NCBI GenBank assembly: GCA_011053095.1
Contig: DRHS01000002.1
Coordinates: 2,122-66,121 of the forward strand
Origin: Bacteroides sp.
Lineage (GTDB): Bacteria > Bacteroidota > Bacteroidia > Bacteroidales > SM23-62
Length of the DNA: 64,000 bases
Direction: 5' to 3'
In this document: positions 18,140 to 27,870 of the stretch, in pieces
Layout: every line of letters begins with the position of its first letter
How positions within the stretch are numbered: the first letter of the stretch is position 1
Notes under the pieces: generated by a model
Database searches by the model: none
What the model was told of the DNA's origin: nothing
The model's input: the letters and a program-made list of their open reading frames with translations, nothing else
Program-made: the position numbers and the translations under genes

Positions 18140-19739
18140 GAGATAATATATTTTCTTCCATTAACAGAGTCAATACGGATCGGGCGGGTATGTTCAGAAG
18201 CTTTCCCCTTGTTTCTACATATTCCAGATTTTTGTCTTCACTGGTAATATAGGAGTGAAGGGAAAAATATTTTTCATTATCCGGAAGGTGCACACTTTTT
18301 TCTTCCCCGGAATAATTCACAAATACGATCACAATATCTTTTTTTACCGGGTCCCTGAATGCAGACACCATTAAATCGGTGGCTTGCTCTGTCAAGGAAA
18401 ATCTGTTTGCGAATTCGGCATTTATTCTATGCATGCCCGGACGAATGAAATGTGAATAATTCCCCAGTGCCCAGAGAATTTTAGAATCCCTTATTTCTCC
18501 ATCGTATTTCAAACTTTCATATAATTTATCGCGGGGACCAGTACTTCCCTGGTTCCCTTCTCCTGCATCAACATAGATTAATCCTCCTTTGAAATTCATG
18601 TGGGTCATAGCTGTCCAGAACTGCCAGGAGGAGGCATTTGCCAGGCTCAGATCATGATGTATTATCCTTGCAACGTACAATGCGGTATTTATCCCAAGAT
18701 CACGTCTCCACCCATTTCCTATGTCATCATTTTGCTGCAAAATGCAATACTCTGTCTGCCAGAAAGATATATCAGCATTGGTGTTACTTATTTTTTCAGT
18801 AATCCTCTTTCGTGTAAGGATCAGGGTATCCACCGGCCAGACACTATGGTAGCTATGGGAGGAAATAGCTTTTTCAACATTGGGGAGATTACCGAGGTAG
18901 GATGGGGATGAGGGAGAATAGAAGTAATTTATTTTATTACCGCGTGCTTTGTCATTGTTGAAATCACTGAATAGATATCTGTGGTCGCCGGCATCTCCAA
19001 TCAGCATTTTTGTGCTTAATTTTCTCTTTGAGAATTCACGATCAAGTTCCTTTATAAGCGTATAAAGTTCATCGTTAGAAGCGGGTGAGCCTTCTGCAAG
19101 ACCACCTGACCAGTCCCATTCCGGTTCGTTAAAGGGACTGAGATAGTCAAAGGGTGTACCCTCATCCTGGAAGTGTTGTAGAATATCTGCGAGGAAGGAA
19201 GCATATTCTGATATTTTTTCCGGTTGGATATTCATATGCAAGGTCTCCTCGGGTGCGGAAATATTCAGACCGTTTCGGGTCCACCAATAGGGTGGGGAAT
19301 AAACGATGGCTTTGTAATACTCCACCCCATATTCCCTGGCCTTATTCAAGAACCATTGCTGACCTTCCTGCTTACTCCAGTCCCAGTTTCCGTCAGCATC
19401 CCTGAAACAATCTGTTCTTCTCCAGTTCCAATGCATTCTGCTGCTGTCACCTAACTGGGCTCCTCCCGTGCCTATGTTAAATCTCCAAAGTGACAGGCCA
19501 ATCCCTGAGGGATTTCCATTTTCATCGAATTCTTTGCTGAAGAGCCACTCTGCCATTTTCTCTCTTTTTTCAAGAGGATAATTTTTTCCAAAAAATTGTG
19601 CTGCCCATGAATCAGAAGCTCCGAAACTATGCATGGTTTGATAATTGATATCAGGATCCAGGATAAGCTCAAGTTCAGCCTGCGCAGAAGATCTGTGCAG
19701 GGACAGGAGAGACAGTGATATAAGAAAAATAATGCGCAT
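18123..19739 (-). CDS. GH30-like glycoside hydrolase, periplasmic/secreted
   Basis: Signal peptide MRIIFLISLSLLSLHRSSAQA. Motifs: HSFGASDSWAAQF, GLSLWRFNIG, SPPYWWTRNG, SPFNEPEWDW (acid/base-type NEP) and FWQTEYC (nucleophile-type). A C-terminal beta-sandwich-like tail is present. The subfamily cannot be assigned by eye. Confidence 0.75.
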   Translation of the reverse strand: MRIIFLISLSLLSLHRSSAQAELELILDPDINYQTMHSFGASDSWAAQFFGKNYPLEKREKMAEWLFSKEFDENGNPSGIGLSLWRFNIGTGGAQLGDSSRMHWNWRRTDCFRDADGNWDWSKQEGQQWFLNKAREYGVEYYKAIVYSPPYWWTRNGLNISAPEETLHMNIQPEKISEYASFLADILQHFQDEGTPFDYLSPFNEPEWDWSGGLAEGSPASNDELYTLIKELDREFSKRKLSTKMLIGDAGDHRYLFSDFNNDKARGNKINYFYSPSSPSYLGNLPNVEKAISSHSYHSVWPVDTLILTRKRITEKISNTNADISFWQTEYCILQQNDDIGNGWRRDLGINTALYVARIIHHDLSLANASSWQFWTAMTHMNFKGGLIYVDAGEGNQGSTGPRDKLYESLKYDGEIRDSKILWALGNYSHFIRPGMHRINAEFANRFSLTEQATDLMVSAFRDPVKKDIVIVFVNYSGEEKSVHLPDNEKYFSLHSYITSEDKNLEYVETRGKLLNIPARSVLTLLMEENILSHGTTK

Positions 19740-19749
19740 AATTTTCTTC

Positions 19750-21342
19750 TTAATTATCCAGAATTATTGTAGATATTGATCTTGCGGGTATAATGAGTTC
19801 ATCCAGGTTCACGATGGATTTTTTGAGATTGCTGATATTGGAGGTAACATACATCTCTGCAATTGAGCTTGCTGCCTCATTCATTATCCTGCTCTTAAGT
19901 TTAACTTGACGGTCAGTTGTGGTCTGGTTAACGATAACCAATACGAGGGGACCGGATAGGGTATCTTTAAAAGCTGAGACCATGAGCTCCTTTGATTGCT
20001 CAACTAGAGTGCCCGATCCCTCAATTTCAGCCTGGACACGGATCATACCCGGCCGGATGAAACGGGAATAGTTACCAAGCGCCCAAAGCAATTTCGTATC
20101 ACGTACGTAACCGTCATATTTCAAAGATTCATTTAATTCACTTCTTGGGTCTCTAACCCCATTGCTCTTACCATCATCGAGATGAATCAGTCCATCTTTA
20201 TAATCAAACTGGGACAGGGCCGTCCACCATTGCCAACTGGCGGCATTGGCTATACAAAGATCATTATGAATAATTCTGGCAACAAAAAGAGCAGTTGGCA
20301 TACCAAGGTCACGTTTTCTTCCTCCCTTTATTTCATCATTTTTCTCAAGGATGCAATATTCTGTCTGCCAGTATGCAAGGTCCGGATCTGTTTGTTGAAT
20401 CTTTGCGGCAAGCTTTTGCCGAGTTTCAACCTGGTCTTCAATTGGCCAGACCGTAAAATAGCTGTGACCTGAAATGGTATTACTGATGTTAGGAAGATCA
20501 CCGATGTACATAGCTGAGCTGGGATTAAAAAATACTTCCACCTGGTTATCTCTTGAATCGTTATCTACTGTGTCTGTCAGGTGTCTGATAGTGGCAGCTT
20601 CCCCAATTACCAACTGGGTGTGTAGTTTTCTTTCATTTAGTTCAGCTGACAAATACTTAATAAATCTGTACAGGTCTTCATTTTGAGCTGATGTGCCTTC
20701 CTGGGAATTCTTATGCCAGGACCATTGTGGTTCATTAAAAGGACTCAGGTAATTGAATTCGAGTCCCTCATCCCCAAAATGTTCCATCACCTCTGCAAGG
20801 TAAGCAGCATAATCTTCAAGGTGTGCGGGTTTTATATTCATACCCATGTCGTCTTTGATGGAATGACCCATTCCATTTTTAGACCAAAAAACTGGAGGAG
20901 CGATTGTAAAAGCAAGGAACTTACTGACCCCTCTTTCCTTTGCAGTTCTGAGAAACCTTTGTTGTCCACTGTGCTTCGACCAGTCATAATTTCCATCTGC
21001 ATCAAGGAAACATTCTGCGCGTCTCCATTCATTAACTATGCCTGAAGATTCTCCCATTTCACTGGTACCGGCTCCAAGATAGAATCGCCAGATTGATAAC
21101 CCTATACCCAGCGGATTACCATCCGGATCAATATTCTGACTGAATAAAAGGTCAGCTATTTTTTCGGTTTTTTCCTCAGGCCAGTAGGCTCCTGTAAATT
21201 GGATCCTCCAGGCATCGGAGGCTCCGAATCCTACTATAGTCTGATATCTTATTTGTTCGTCAATTATAACGGTTACAAGATTATCTTCAGCAATGCAAAC
21301 TGCAGATAACTGGCACAGTATCAGAAAAATCAGGGTTTTCAT
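19750..21342 (-). CDS. GH30-like glycoside hydrolase, tandem paralogue of 18123-19739
   Basis: Signal peptide MKTLIFLILCQLSAVCIA. Motifs: GFGASDAWRIQF, GLSIWRFYLG, SPFNEPQWSW, YWQTEYC. It is collinear with the neighbouring GH30 along the full length. Confidence 0.75.
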   Translation of the reverse strand: MKTLIFLILCQLSAVCIAEDNLVTVIIDEQIRYQTIVGFGASDAWRIQFTGAYWPEEKTEKIADLLFSQNIDPDGNPLGIGLSIWRFYLGAGTSEMGESSGIVNEWRRAECFLDADGNYDWSKHSGQQRFLRTAKERGVSKFLAFTIAPPVFWSKNGMGHSIKDDMGMNIKPAHLEDYAAYLAEVMEHFGDEGLEFNYLSPFNEPQWSWHKNSQEGTSAQNEDLYRFIKYLSAELNERKLHTQLVIGEAATIRHLTDTVDNDSRDNQVEVFFNPSSAMYIGDLPNISNTISGHSYFTVWPIEDQVETRQKLAAKIQQTDPDLAYWQTEYCILEKNDEIKGGRKRDLGMPTALFVARIIHNDLCIANAASWQWWTALSQFDYKDGLIHLDDGKSNGVRDPRSELNESLKYDGYVRDTKLLWALGNYSRFIRPGMIRVQAEIEGSGTLVEQSKELMVSAFKDTLSGPLVLVIVNQTTTDRQVKLKSRIMNEAASSIAEMYVTSNISNLKKSIVNLDELIIPARSISTIILDN

Positions 21343-21368
21343 TAGAATTAAATAAGGAAAGAAATTTT

Positions 21369-21410
21369 TAAAAAAAGAGGCTGCCCGGTTTATGGATCCA
21401 GGCAGCCTCT
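21369..21410 (-). terminator. rho-independent terminator after the giant LamG-GH30 gene
   Basis: A 10-bp GC-rich stem, AGAGGCTGCC (21376-21385) pairing with GGCAGCCTCT (21401-21410). It is followed on the minus strand by a run of 8 T (plus-strand A-run 21369-21376). It sits 35 nt after the stop codon at 21445-21447. Confidence 0.65.
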
Positions 21411-21444
21411 TAATGTTTAATTAACGTCTACAAGCTGAATGATC

Positions 21445-24400
21445 TTACTCAATTATTGATAATTTCTGGAATTCAGTTTTGTAACCGTATTCAACTGCTA
21501 TGATATAGAATCCTCTATTCAGGTTCGATGTATTAAGAATTACCTGTCCATCGGTAACACTCTTATAAATGAGGATCTTTCCGGTCATATCAATAAGCTT
21601 TACAGCATCGGCAGGATCTCCGGCAAACTCAACAATTGCATGATCCATTGCAGGGTTAGGATAGAGCTTGAAGGAAGCCTCTTCCAGAAGGACCTTTTCA
21701 CCCCTGTCATCAATAGCTGTAGTATTGGTAAGATCTCCAACCAAAGTGACAATGGATAATCCTGGCATCAGGAAGGGTGCAGTTGCATCCACTTTTGCAT
21801 ATGCCTTCAGATTATCGCTCTCAGATGTTATATATGGAGTTAACTTATCCATTAACAGATGAGCAGGCAGATTGCTTACATCGAAAGTCAGATTCTGAGG
21901 ATTTCTGTTATAGTTAACAGCAACAATAATAATTTTAGTTGAATCTTCATCTACGTAAGCTGATACAAACTGATCATAAGCAGAGCCAACAATACTGGCA
22001 CCATCTGAGCGTTCAACATTAAGGCGCTTACTCCCAGGGCGTACAAATCGACTGAAGTTACCGAGCGCCCAAAGGTTAGGCATTACCTCAAATGTTCCAT
22101 CTGTATGGGATGCATCGTCCGGTTCAGGATACCAGCTTAATAAACCATAACGATAATCCATAGTAGGTGAAGGCACCCTGGTTAAAGCAGTCCACCAATC
22201 CCAACCAGTTGCACCTCCTTCCGTTACATCTATATGGATAATACGAGCCATCCACAAAGAATATTCGATAGGCTTCAGAGTGATTCGTCCATCCTGGAAT
22301 GCACCACTAAGAAGACTATATTCGGTCTGCCAAAAGGAAAGATCAGAATCCACATCATTGATTTTGTCCAAAAGGCTTTTACGGTTTGCCACGGTAGTGA
22401 TTACATCTGGATTCGAATAGTAGCTATGTCCTGCCACGTATTTTGACAGATTGGGTAAATCTCCAATATAATCAGGACTTGTGGGATCCCAGAAGGCATA
22501 AACCTGGTTTGAAGTAGCAGGATCCCCAGCATCGGGAGAATGTAGCTTATCGATCATCCCAGCTTCAGGAATTAGAATCTTGGCTGTGACTCCAAACTCA
22601 GTGAATTTAGCATCTATGGCTTTCGCAACGGCTGCAACTTCACTATTGGTTGCATAGGATCCTGACTGGACCGCATTCCCATGAGAAAAGGCCCAAGACC
22701 ATTGTGGTTCATTGATCGGGCTTATCACCTCGAAAGGTGTCCCATCGTCCTGGAATTGTTTGGCAATCTTCGCTAAATATTCCCCATAGTCATCATACTT
22801 GTCAACTGCTAGGTTGTACCCGATGGTTGAATCATGCCTATATGGGAAACCGTTCTTGGTCATATGAGGGGGAGGAGAAGTGGTCCACCCTGTAAGATAC
22901 TCAACTCCCGCTGCTATTGCCCTGTCCTTAAACCAGTCAGATTCAGCCTGTTTAGTAAAGTCATAGGTCCCGTCTGCATTCATAAAACTAGAGATCTCGC
23001 GGAACCAGTAATCTGGATGAAATCCTCCATCTGACATGTCCGCAGATCCTTCACCGATTTGGTATCTCCAGTTTGACAGCCCTATCCCTTTGGGACTACC
23101 ATCGGGATACATTTCCTGGCTGAAAAACAACATGGCAATGGAATCCCGTTTTGCATCCGGCCAATTCGCTACCCAACGGATAGCCCAGGCGTCTGAAGCT
23201 CCGAAGTGGTGTATGGTCTGTTCTGGTTCATCAAATTTCACAGTAATTGTGAGATCTTCAGTTGTTACATCCTTTGCGGCATTTCTTCCGGACACATTTC
23301 CCTGCTGGTCTTTGGCTCGTACGGACAGGCTGTAATCGCTGGATGCCATTAGCTTCAGTTTCAAGGCTTCTACATCGGAAATGGCCACAATTCTGTCACC
23401 ATCGTATATATCATAGGTAGTTACCTTTACATTGTCAGTTGATGCTGACCAGGCCATTGTTGCAGAGGAGGCATCAACATTGTTAATAAGCAGTTCTCCA
23501 GGATCTGTCGGAGCTTCGGTGTCGGTAATCTCAAACTCGGTATTGGGATCAAAGCCCCAATCAGATGTATAGATGAGCTTATCTATCATGAAATTTGCAG
23601 CCCCGGGAGCAATTCTAATTGTATGATTACCCCCTGGTAGTGAAGGTGTTTTGAACAGTTGTACCCATTGCCATCCCATTGTTGGATGCACAGTGTCAAG
23701 TGCTGTGTAGAAACCATCATTACCATCCCAACTCAAAAAGAGAGGATTGGCGACGTCCACATCTGTTTTAATACGTCCCCACAGTTTAAAAGTTCCTCCT
23801 CCATTGGCATATCCATATAGAATGGATTCATCATGCATGGCCACATCAGCAGAAGTACCGCCCCAGAAACCATAGGAAGTATCTCCATCGGTTCCTTTAC
23901 TCCAGTCGCCAAAAGTGTAATCCTCCAGTTCGATAATATAAGGATCCACATCCGGTCGAACAGGAAATGTATCGTTGGCGATGGCAAAAATTTGCTCTGC
24001 TGTCAGGATTTCTTCCCATAATGCTATATCATCATATTTACCGGATATGGGACGATAAATTCTGCCAGGTTCCAGGCTCGTACCAAAATAGAATTTGACC
24101 AGGTCCAACTCCGAAAGTAGTGATCCTGTCTCTCCTTGGAAAGCCTGAGCACCATCAAGATATCCAATAACATACCCTTCATCGTAGGAGAATGCTAGAT
24201 GGATCCATTTGTCATGGGGCAAGGTCTTAACATCTGTAGTGGCGGTCCAAGGAGGATGAGTCACAAGTCCGTAGTTAGCACCGGCTCTGGGAGATAGATA
24301 TATATGAGCAGTCCCGTCAATATTGTCCCACTCAAAGATTTCCTGCCAATATTCATCGTACTGTGAATCCCAATAGAACCATGTGGCAAAAGTAAAGACG

Positions 24401-26658
24401 TCCTCTGTTATCAGTGGTTGCTGAGCAAGCATGTAGGAGGTATCAAGGTGGCTTAAGGAAGCAACCAAGCCGCCACGTTCTATTTCCTTTACAAAGGTAA
24501 CGTCGGACAAATCAAGGATATGGTCGCCGATATTATCATTGCCATCTCCATCAAGCGGAAACCAGACAGTAGCCTTCTCATACAATTTTCTCTTATCAAT
24601 AAATTTCAATGGTTTATTCTCCTGAGAAAGTTTCTTTACCGTTTCAGCGTCCAGGGCTTTATGGAAAAATTTCAGATCATCCATTTTTGCATAATGGGGA
24701 AAATTCCTGTCAGCACCTGCAGCTCCTACTCCGGCTCCTCCATTGAGGAAGAAGAAAGTATCAACGGCCATCTCACTTGGAAGTAACTGAACCTTGCTTT
24801 CAGCATATACCTCACCATTCAAATAAACTGTAACCACGGTATCTAATTGGGTTACAGCAAGATGATACCAGGTTGAGTCAGGGAGAATGGGCTCTTCAGA
24901 GATCCATTCCCAGCTTGTTCCTCCTGAAATATATCCATAATTTGATCCCCATAGATTTGGAGATAGGTAGTAATAGCTGTCTTTCTGTGGATGCGGATCC
25001 TTGGTATTATTAAATTCGAATATTTGTTTCCAGTCTCCATAATTATTTTCATAATAATACCAGCAGGAAACAGTGTATTCATCTTGGTCTTCAGGCATCA
25101 AAGCTGACATCCCGTACATATAACCAGATGAATCCTGGACAATCTCAGCCACAAAACCCTTCACAGGATCCCAGACAACTTCAACATCGACCATTCCAAG
25201 ATTTACATTTCCCATACTGTCTACTCCACTTTCCTCGAAAGGATAGTAGGCAAAAAGACTGTCAGGCGCTGGAGGAGGAGGAGGAATATACACCAAATCA
25301 GGCCGGTCTTCGTTTGCCAGTACCGCGACAGCCACAGAATCAAGGGCTTTGTGGAAAATTTTCAGGTTGTCCATCTTTGCATCATGCGGGAATTTCCTCC
25401 CGTCCGGCCAACCTCCATTGAAAAAGAAAAATGTGTCCACTGCCAAATCACTGGGCATAGTGGTGGTTGTATCCTTCAAAAATTCCACGCCATCAAGGTA
25501 AACCGTAACCACGGTGTCCTTCATTGTCAAAGCAAGATGCCTCCATTCTTTTTCTGGCAGTAGGGGTTCCTTGACTATATAGTCCCAGTTATTTCCATAG
25601 TATACCAATCCAAGACTGTTGCCACCCAAATTAGGTCCCATATAAAAATGTTTCTGATAATGTGGATGCGCGGGTTTAGAATTGGCCCACTCTAAAATTT
25701 GTTTCCAATCTCCGGAATTGTTCTCGTAGAAGTACCAGTAGGAGACGGTGAACTCATCCTGATCATCGGGCATTAACGGGGACATAGCATACATGTAACC
25801 CGAAGAGTCCTGAACGACTTCGGCGACCATGCCTTTGAGCGAGTCATTAACGATCTTTACATCCACAAAACCCAGGTCGACATTTCCCATACTGTCTACA
25901 CCGCTTTCTTCAAATGCATAATAAGCATAAAGGCTGTGAGTCCATGGCTCATCTTCCTTTGCCAGGATTGCAACGGTTGAGGGTTCCAGTGCCTTATGGA
26001 ATATCTTCAGGTGGTCCATTTTTGCATCGTGGGGAGATTTCCTCCCGTCCGGCCAACCTCCGTTAAAAAAGAAAAATGTATCCACCGCCAATTCGCTGGG
26101 CATGGTGGTGGCTGTATCCTTAAAAAATTCCACCCCATCAAGGTAAACCGTAACCACGGTGTCTTTCATTGTCATAGCAATATGCCTCCATTCTTTTTCT
26201 GGAAGTTTGGGTTCCTTGACTAGATAGTCCCAGTTATTTCCATAGTATACCAATCCAAGGCTGTTGCCACCCAAATTAGGTCCCATATAAAAATGTTTCT
26301 GATAATGAGGATGCGCAGGCTTAGAATTGGCCCACTCTAAAATTTGTTTCCAATCTCCAGAATTGTCCTCGTAGAAATACCAAAAGGATACGGTGAATTC
26401 ATCCTGATCCTCGGGCATTAACGTGGACATAGCATACATGTAACCCGAAGAGTCTTGAACGACTTCGGCGACCATGCCTTTGAGTGAGTCCCTTACGATC
26501 TTAACATCTACAAAACCGAGGTCAACATTGCCCATGCTGTCTGTTCCAGTCTCTTCAAAGGAATAGAAAGCAAAAAGACTATCAGCGCCCTGGGCACTGA
26601 TATTGTTTATGCCTGCCAATAGCAGGCATATCCAGGTAAAAAGTAAGATTCGCTTCAT
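21445..26658 (-). CDS. giant secreted glycanase: 4 LamG-like modules (3 type A + 1 type B) + CBM-like module + FN3 + GH30-like catalytic domain + T9SS C-terminal sorting domain
   Basis: Collinear paralogue of 12796-16674 with two extra N-terminal LamG modules. Motifs: KMDHLKIFHKAL, KMDNLKIFHKAL, KMDDLKFFHKAL, KYDDIALWEEIL; a PPPPPAP linker; FN3; HHFGASDAW, SPINEPQW, FWQTEYS. The C-terminal KLYPNPAMDHAIVEF...FYIIAV is a T9SS CTD. The track ORF extends to 26766. The ATG at 26658 gives MKRILLFTWICLLLAGINNISAQ, a proper signal peptide that aligns with the paralogue. Confidence 0.85.
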   Translation of the reverse strand: MKRILLFTWICLLLAGINNISAQGADSLFAFYSFEETGTDSMGNVDLGFVDVKIVRDSLKGMVAEVVQDSSGYMYAMSTLMPEDQDEFTVSFWYFYEDNSGDWKQILEWANSKPAHPHYQKHFYMGPNLGGNSLGLVYYGNNWDYLVKEPKLPEKEWRHIAMTMKDTVVTVYLDGVEFFKDTATTMPSELAVDTFFFFNGGWPDGRKSPHDAKMDHLKIFHKALEPSTVAILAKEDEPWTHSLYAYYAFEESGVDSMGNVDLGFVDVKIVNDSLKGMVAEVVQDSSGYMYAMSPLMPDDQDEFTVSYWYFYENNSGDWKQILEWANSKPAHPHYQKHFYMGPNLGGNSLGLVYYGNNWDYIVKEPLLPEKEWRHLALTMKDTVVTVYLDGVEFLKDTTTTMPSDLAVDTFFFFNGGWPDGRKFPHDAKMDNLKIFHKALDSVAVAVLANEDRPDLVYIPPPPPAPDSLFAYYPFEESGVDSMGNVNLGMVDVEVVWDPVKGFVAEIVQDSSGYMYGMSALMPEDQDEYTVSCWYYYENNYGDWKQIFEFNNTKDPHPQKDSYYYLSPNLWGSNYGYISGGTSWEWISEEPILPDSTWYHLAVTQLDTVVTVYLNGEVYAESKVQLLPSEMAVDTFFFLNGGAGVGAAGADRNFPHYAKMDDLKFFHKALDAETVKKLSQENKPLKFIDKRKLYEKATVWFPLDGDGNDNIGDHILDLSDVTFVKEIERGGLVASLSHLDTSYMLAQQPLITEDVFTFATWFYWDSQYDEYWQEIFEWDNIDGTAHIYLSPRAGANYGLVTHPPWTATTDVKTLPHDKWIHLAFSYDEGYVIGYLDGAQAFQGETGSLLSELDLVKFYFGTSLEPGRIYRPISGKYDDIALWEEILTAEQIFAIANDTFPVRPDVDPYIIELEDYTFGDWSKGTDGDTSYGFWGGTSADVAMHDESILYGYANGGGTFKLWGRIKTDVDVANPLFLSWDGNDGFYTALDTVHPTMGWQWVQLFKTPSLPGGNHTIRIAPGAANFMIDKLIYTSDWGFDPNTEFEITDTEAPTDPGELLINNVDASSATMAWSASTDNVKVTTYDIYDGDRIVAISDVEALKLKLMASSDYSLSVRAKDQQGNVSGRNAAKDVTTEDLTITVKFDEPEQTIHHFGASDAWAIRWVANWPDAKRDSIAMLFFSQEMYPDGSPKGIGLSNWRYQIGEGSADMSDGGFHPDYWFREISSFMNADGTYDFTKQAESDWFKDRAIAAGVEYLTGWTTSPPPHMTKNGFPYRHDSTIGYNLAVDKYDDYGEYLAKIAKQFQDDGTPFEVISPINEPQWSWAFSHGNAVQSGSYATNSEVAAVAKAIDAKFTEFGVTAKILIPEAGMIDKLHSPDAGDPATSNQVYAFWDPTSPDYIGDLPNLSKYVAGHSYYSNPDVITTVANRKSLLDKINDVDSDLSFWQTEYSLLSGAFQDGRITLKPIEYSLWMARIIHIDVTEGGATGWDWWTALTRVPSPTMDYRYGLLSWYPEPDDASHTDGTFEVMPNLWALGNFSRFVRPGSKRLNVERSDGASIVGSAYDQFVSAYVDEDSTKIIIVAVNYNRNPQNLTFDVSNLPAHLLMDKLTPYITSESDNLKAYAKVDATAPFLMPGLSIVTLVGDLTNTTAIDDRGEKVLLEEASFKLYPNPAMDHAIVEFAGDPADAVKLIDMTGKILIYKSVTDGQVILNTSNLNRGFYIIAVEYGYKTEFQKLSIIE
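25294..26583 (-). repeat. intragenic tandem duplication, 2 x 645 bp (one LamG module each)
   Basis: Copy 1 is 25939-26583 and copy 2 is 25294-25938. The DNA aligns base for base at a 645-nt offset (for example GGGTTCCTTGAC at 26209 vs 25564). My manual protein alignment shows about 29 mismatches in 215 positions. A third, more diverged copy follows at ~24590-25263. Confidence 0.85.
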
Positions 26659-26782
26659 TAAAATTGATTTTTGTGGTTTCAATTTCAATCGAAATGAAAC
26701 CGGTTTAAAAAATTGTTTAGAGGAAGGTCTTTTCATAGTTTTGATTTTAGTTAGGAGTATGTACATATTACTATTTTCAATA

Positions 26783-27868
26783 TTATTTGGAGAGTGTCAC
26801 AATGATCTCGCTTTTTGACTGGAATATCTCCTCTGAACCAGGTTGCTTGTAAAGCAGATGGTAGGTCAGGGGATTTGTAAAATCATTTGTCGAAACTCCG
26901 CTTTCCTGTGGTACATTGTCCACCATCACCTCAATACTATCATCCCATAAGCTAAAATCAGCTGCCAGGTTACTAAGATCAGTGACATGGTCTACTGTCA
27001 GTTCAATATAGAATTTATGATAGGTAAGAGGATCAACTAGGTAATTGGTCATATGATCGGCAATGTTTTCCGTGGAAACGGTCTTTCCTGCTATGGTAAA
27101 TGTCTTGAATTCAGGTATGAACATAAGTCCAACATCATACTCCCTTTTAGATCCGTCATCTGCGGTTACCAGATATGTTTTTGGGATAAGATTGCCGCTT
27201 TCGTCTACATGGTTTACATATTCTCCATTCCCAACCTGGGATCCGTCAACGGTAACTACAGCAACCTCTGAATCAAGTGTAATAATTGGAATAACAGGGA
27301 TTTCCGAAGCGCCGGTATAGGGAAGCTTTGTTGAAAGGTTAAATATACGGGCATACTGGTATAGATATACTTTGACAATCCCTTCATCCTGATAAATCGC
27401 ACCTTCCTGGCTGAAATCAAGGAAATCATTTGCACCGGAGAAATAGGCTCCTAAAGTGCCGAAATCCATTTTTTCAATGGTATTGCGGTTTTCAGATATG
27501 GATATGGATTTTTCATAAGTATCCCTGACGGTTTTTCCATCTCTGTGATCATAACCTGTTGCGATAAGCACAATATTGTAAGTTCCGGGTTTTCTGTAGG
27601 AGTGGATCAGTTCACCCTGTGGATTGGGACTTAAACCAATATCTCCTGCTGAAAGGCTATCATAATTATGTCCTTCATCCCCTGTAAAGAATGTGAAATA
27701 CTGGCCACCGCCTGTGATTTGAAGAGTAATCAGGTCAAGCACGCTTGCAGATTCAGGTTGAAGGGTGAAATCCGCTTTTGGCTGGATAAAATAATCGTCA
27801 TTCTCACACGCATTAAAGATGAGAATGGCAGGCAAAATCAAGCCTATAAATCTTTTCATTGCTTTCAT
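26783..27868 (-). CDS. surface lipoprotein downstream of susD; candidate surface glycan-binding protein with PKD-like N-terminal domain
   Basis: Lipoprotein signal MKAMKRFIGLILPAILIFNAC. PKD-like segment (FTLQPESA...GTYNIVLIATG). Its position immediately after susD (2-nt gap) is typical for SusE/F-type SGBPs. No catalytic motif was seen. Confidence 0.55.
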   Translation of the reverse strand: MKAMKRFIGLILPAILIFNACENDDYFIQPKADFTLQPESASVLDLITLQITGGGQYFTFFTGDEGHNYDSLSAGDIGLSPNPQGELIHSYRKPGTYNIVLIATGYDHRDGKTVRDTYEKSISISENRNTIEKMDFGTLGAYFSGANDFLDFSQEGAIYQDEGIVKVYLYQYARIFNLSTKLPYTGASEIPVIPIITLDSEVAVVTVDGSQVGNGEYVNHVDESGNLIPKTYLVTADDGSKREYDVGLMFIPEFKTFTIAGKTVSTENIADHMTNYLVDPLTYHKFYIELTVDHVTDLSNLAADFSLWDDSIEVMVDNVPQESGVSTNDFTNPLTYHLLYKQPGSEEIFQSKSEIIVTLSK

Positions 27869-27870
27869 GG

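Noticed and set aside
25128-25421. Pro/Gln-rich 97-aa plus-strand ORF.
   Set aside because: It is the antisense shadow of the LamG repeat and its polyproline-linker (GGAGGAGG) region. It reappears 645 nt away only because the underlying gene segment is duplicated.
26659-26766. N-terminal extensions suggested by the track: the giant gene from 26766, susD from 29595, susC from 32627, GH2 from 12684, and others.
   Set aside because: Several of these begin at TTG or GTG. The internal ATGs yield proper signal or lipoprotein peptides that align with paralogues, and they remove implausible overlaps with upstream genes.
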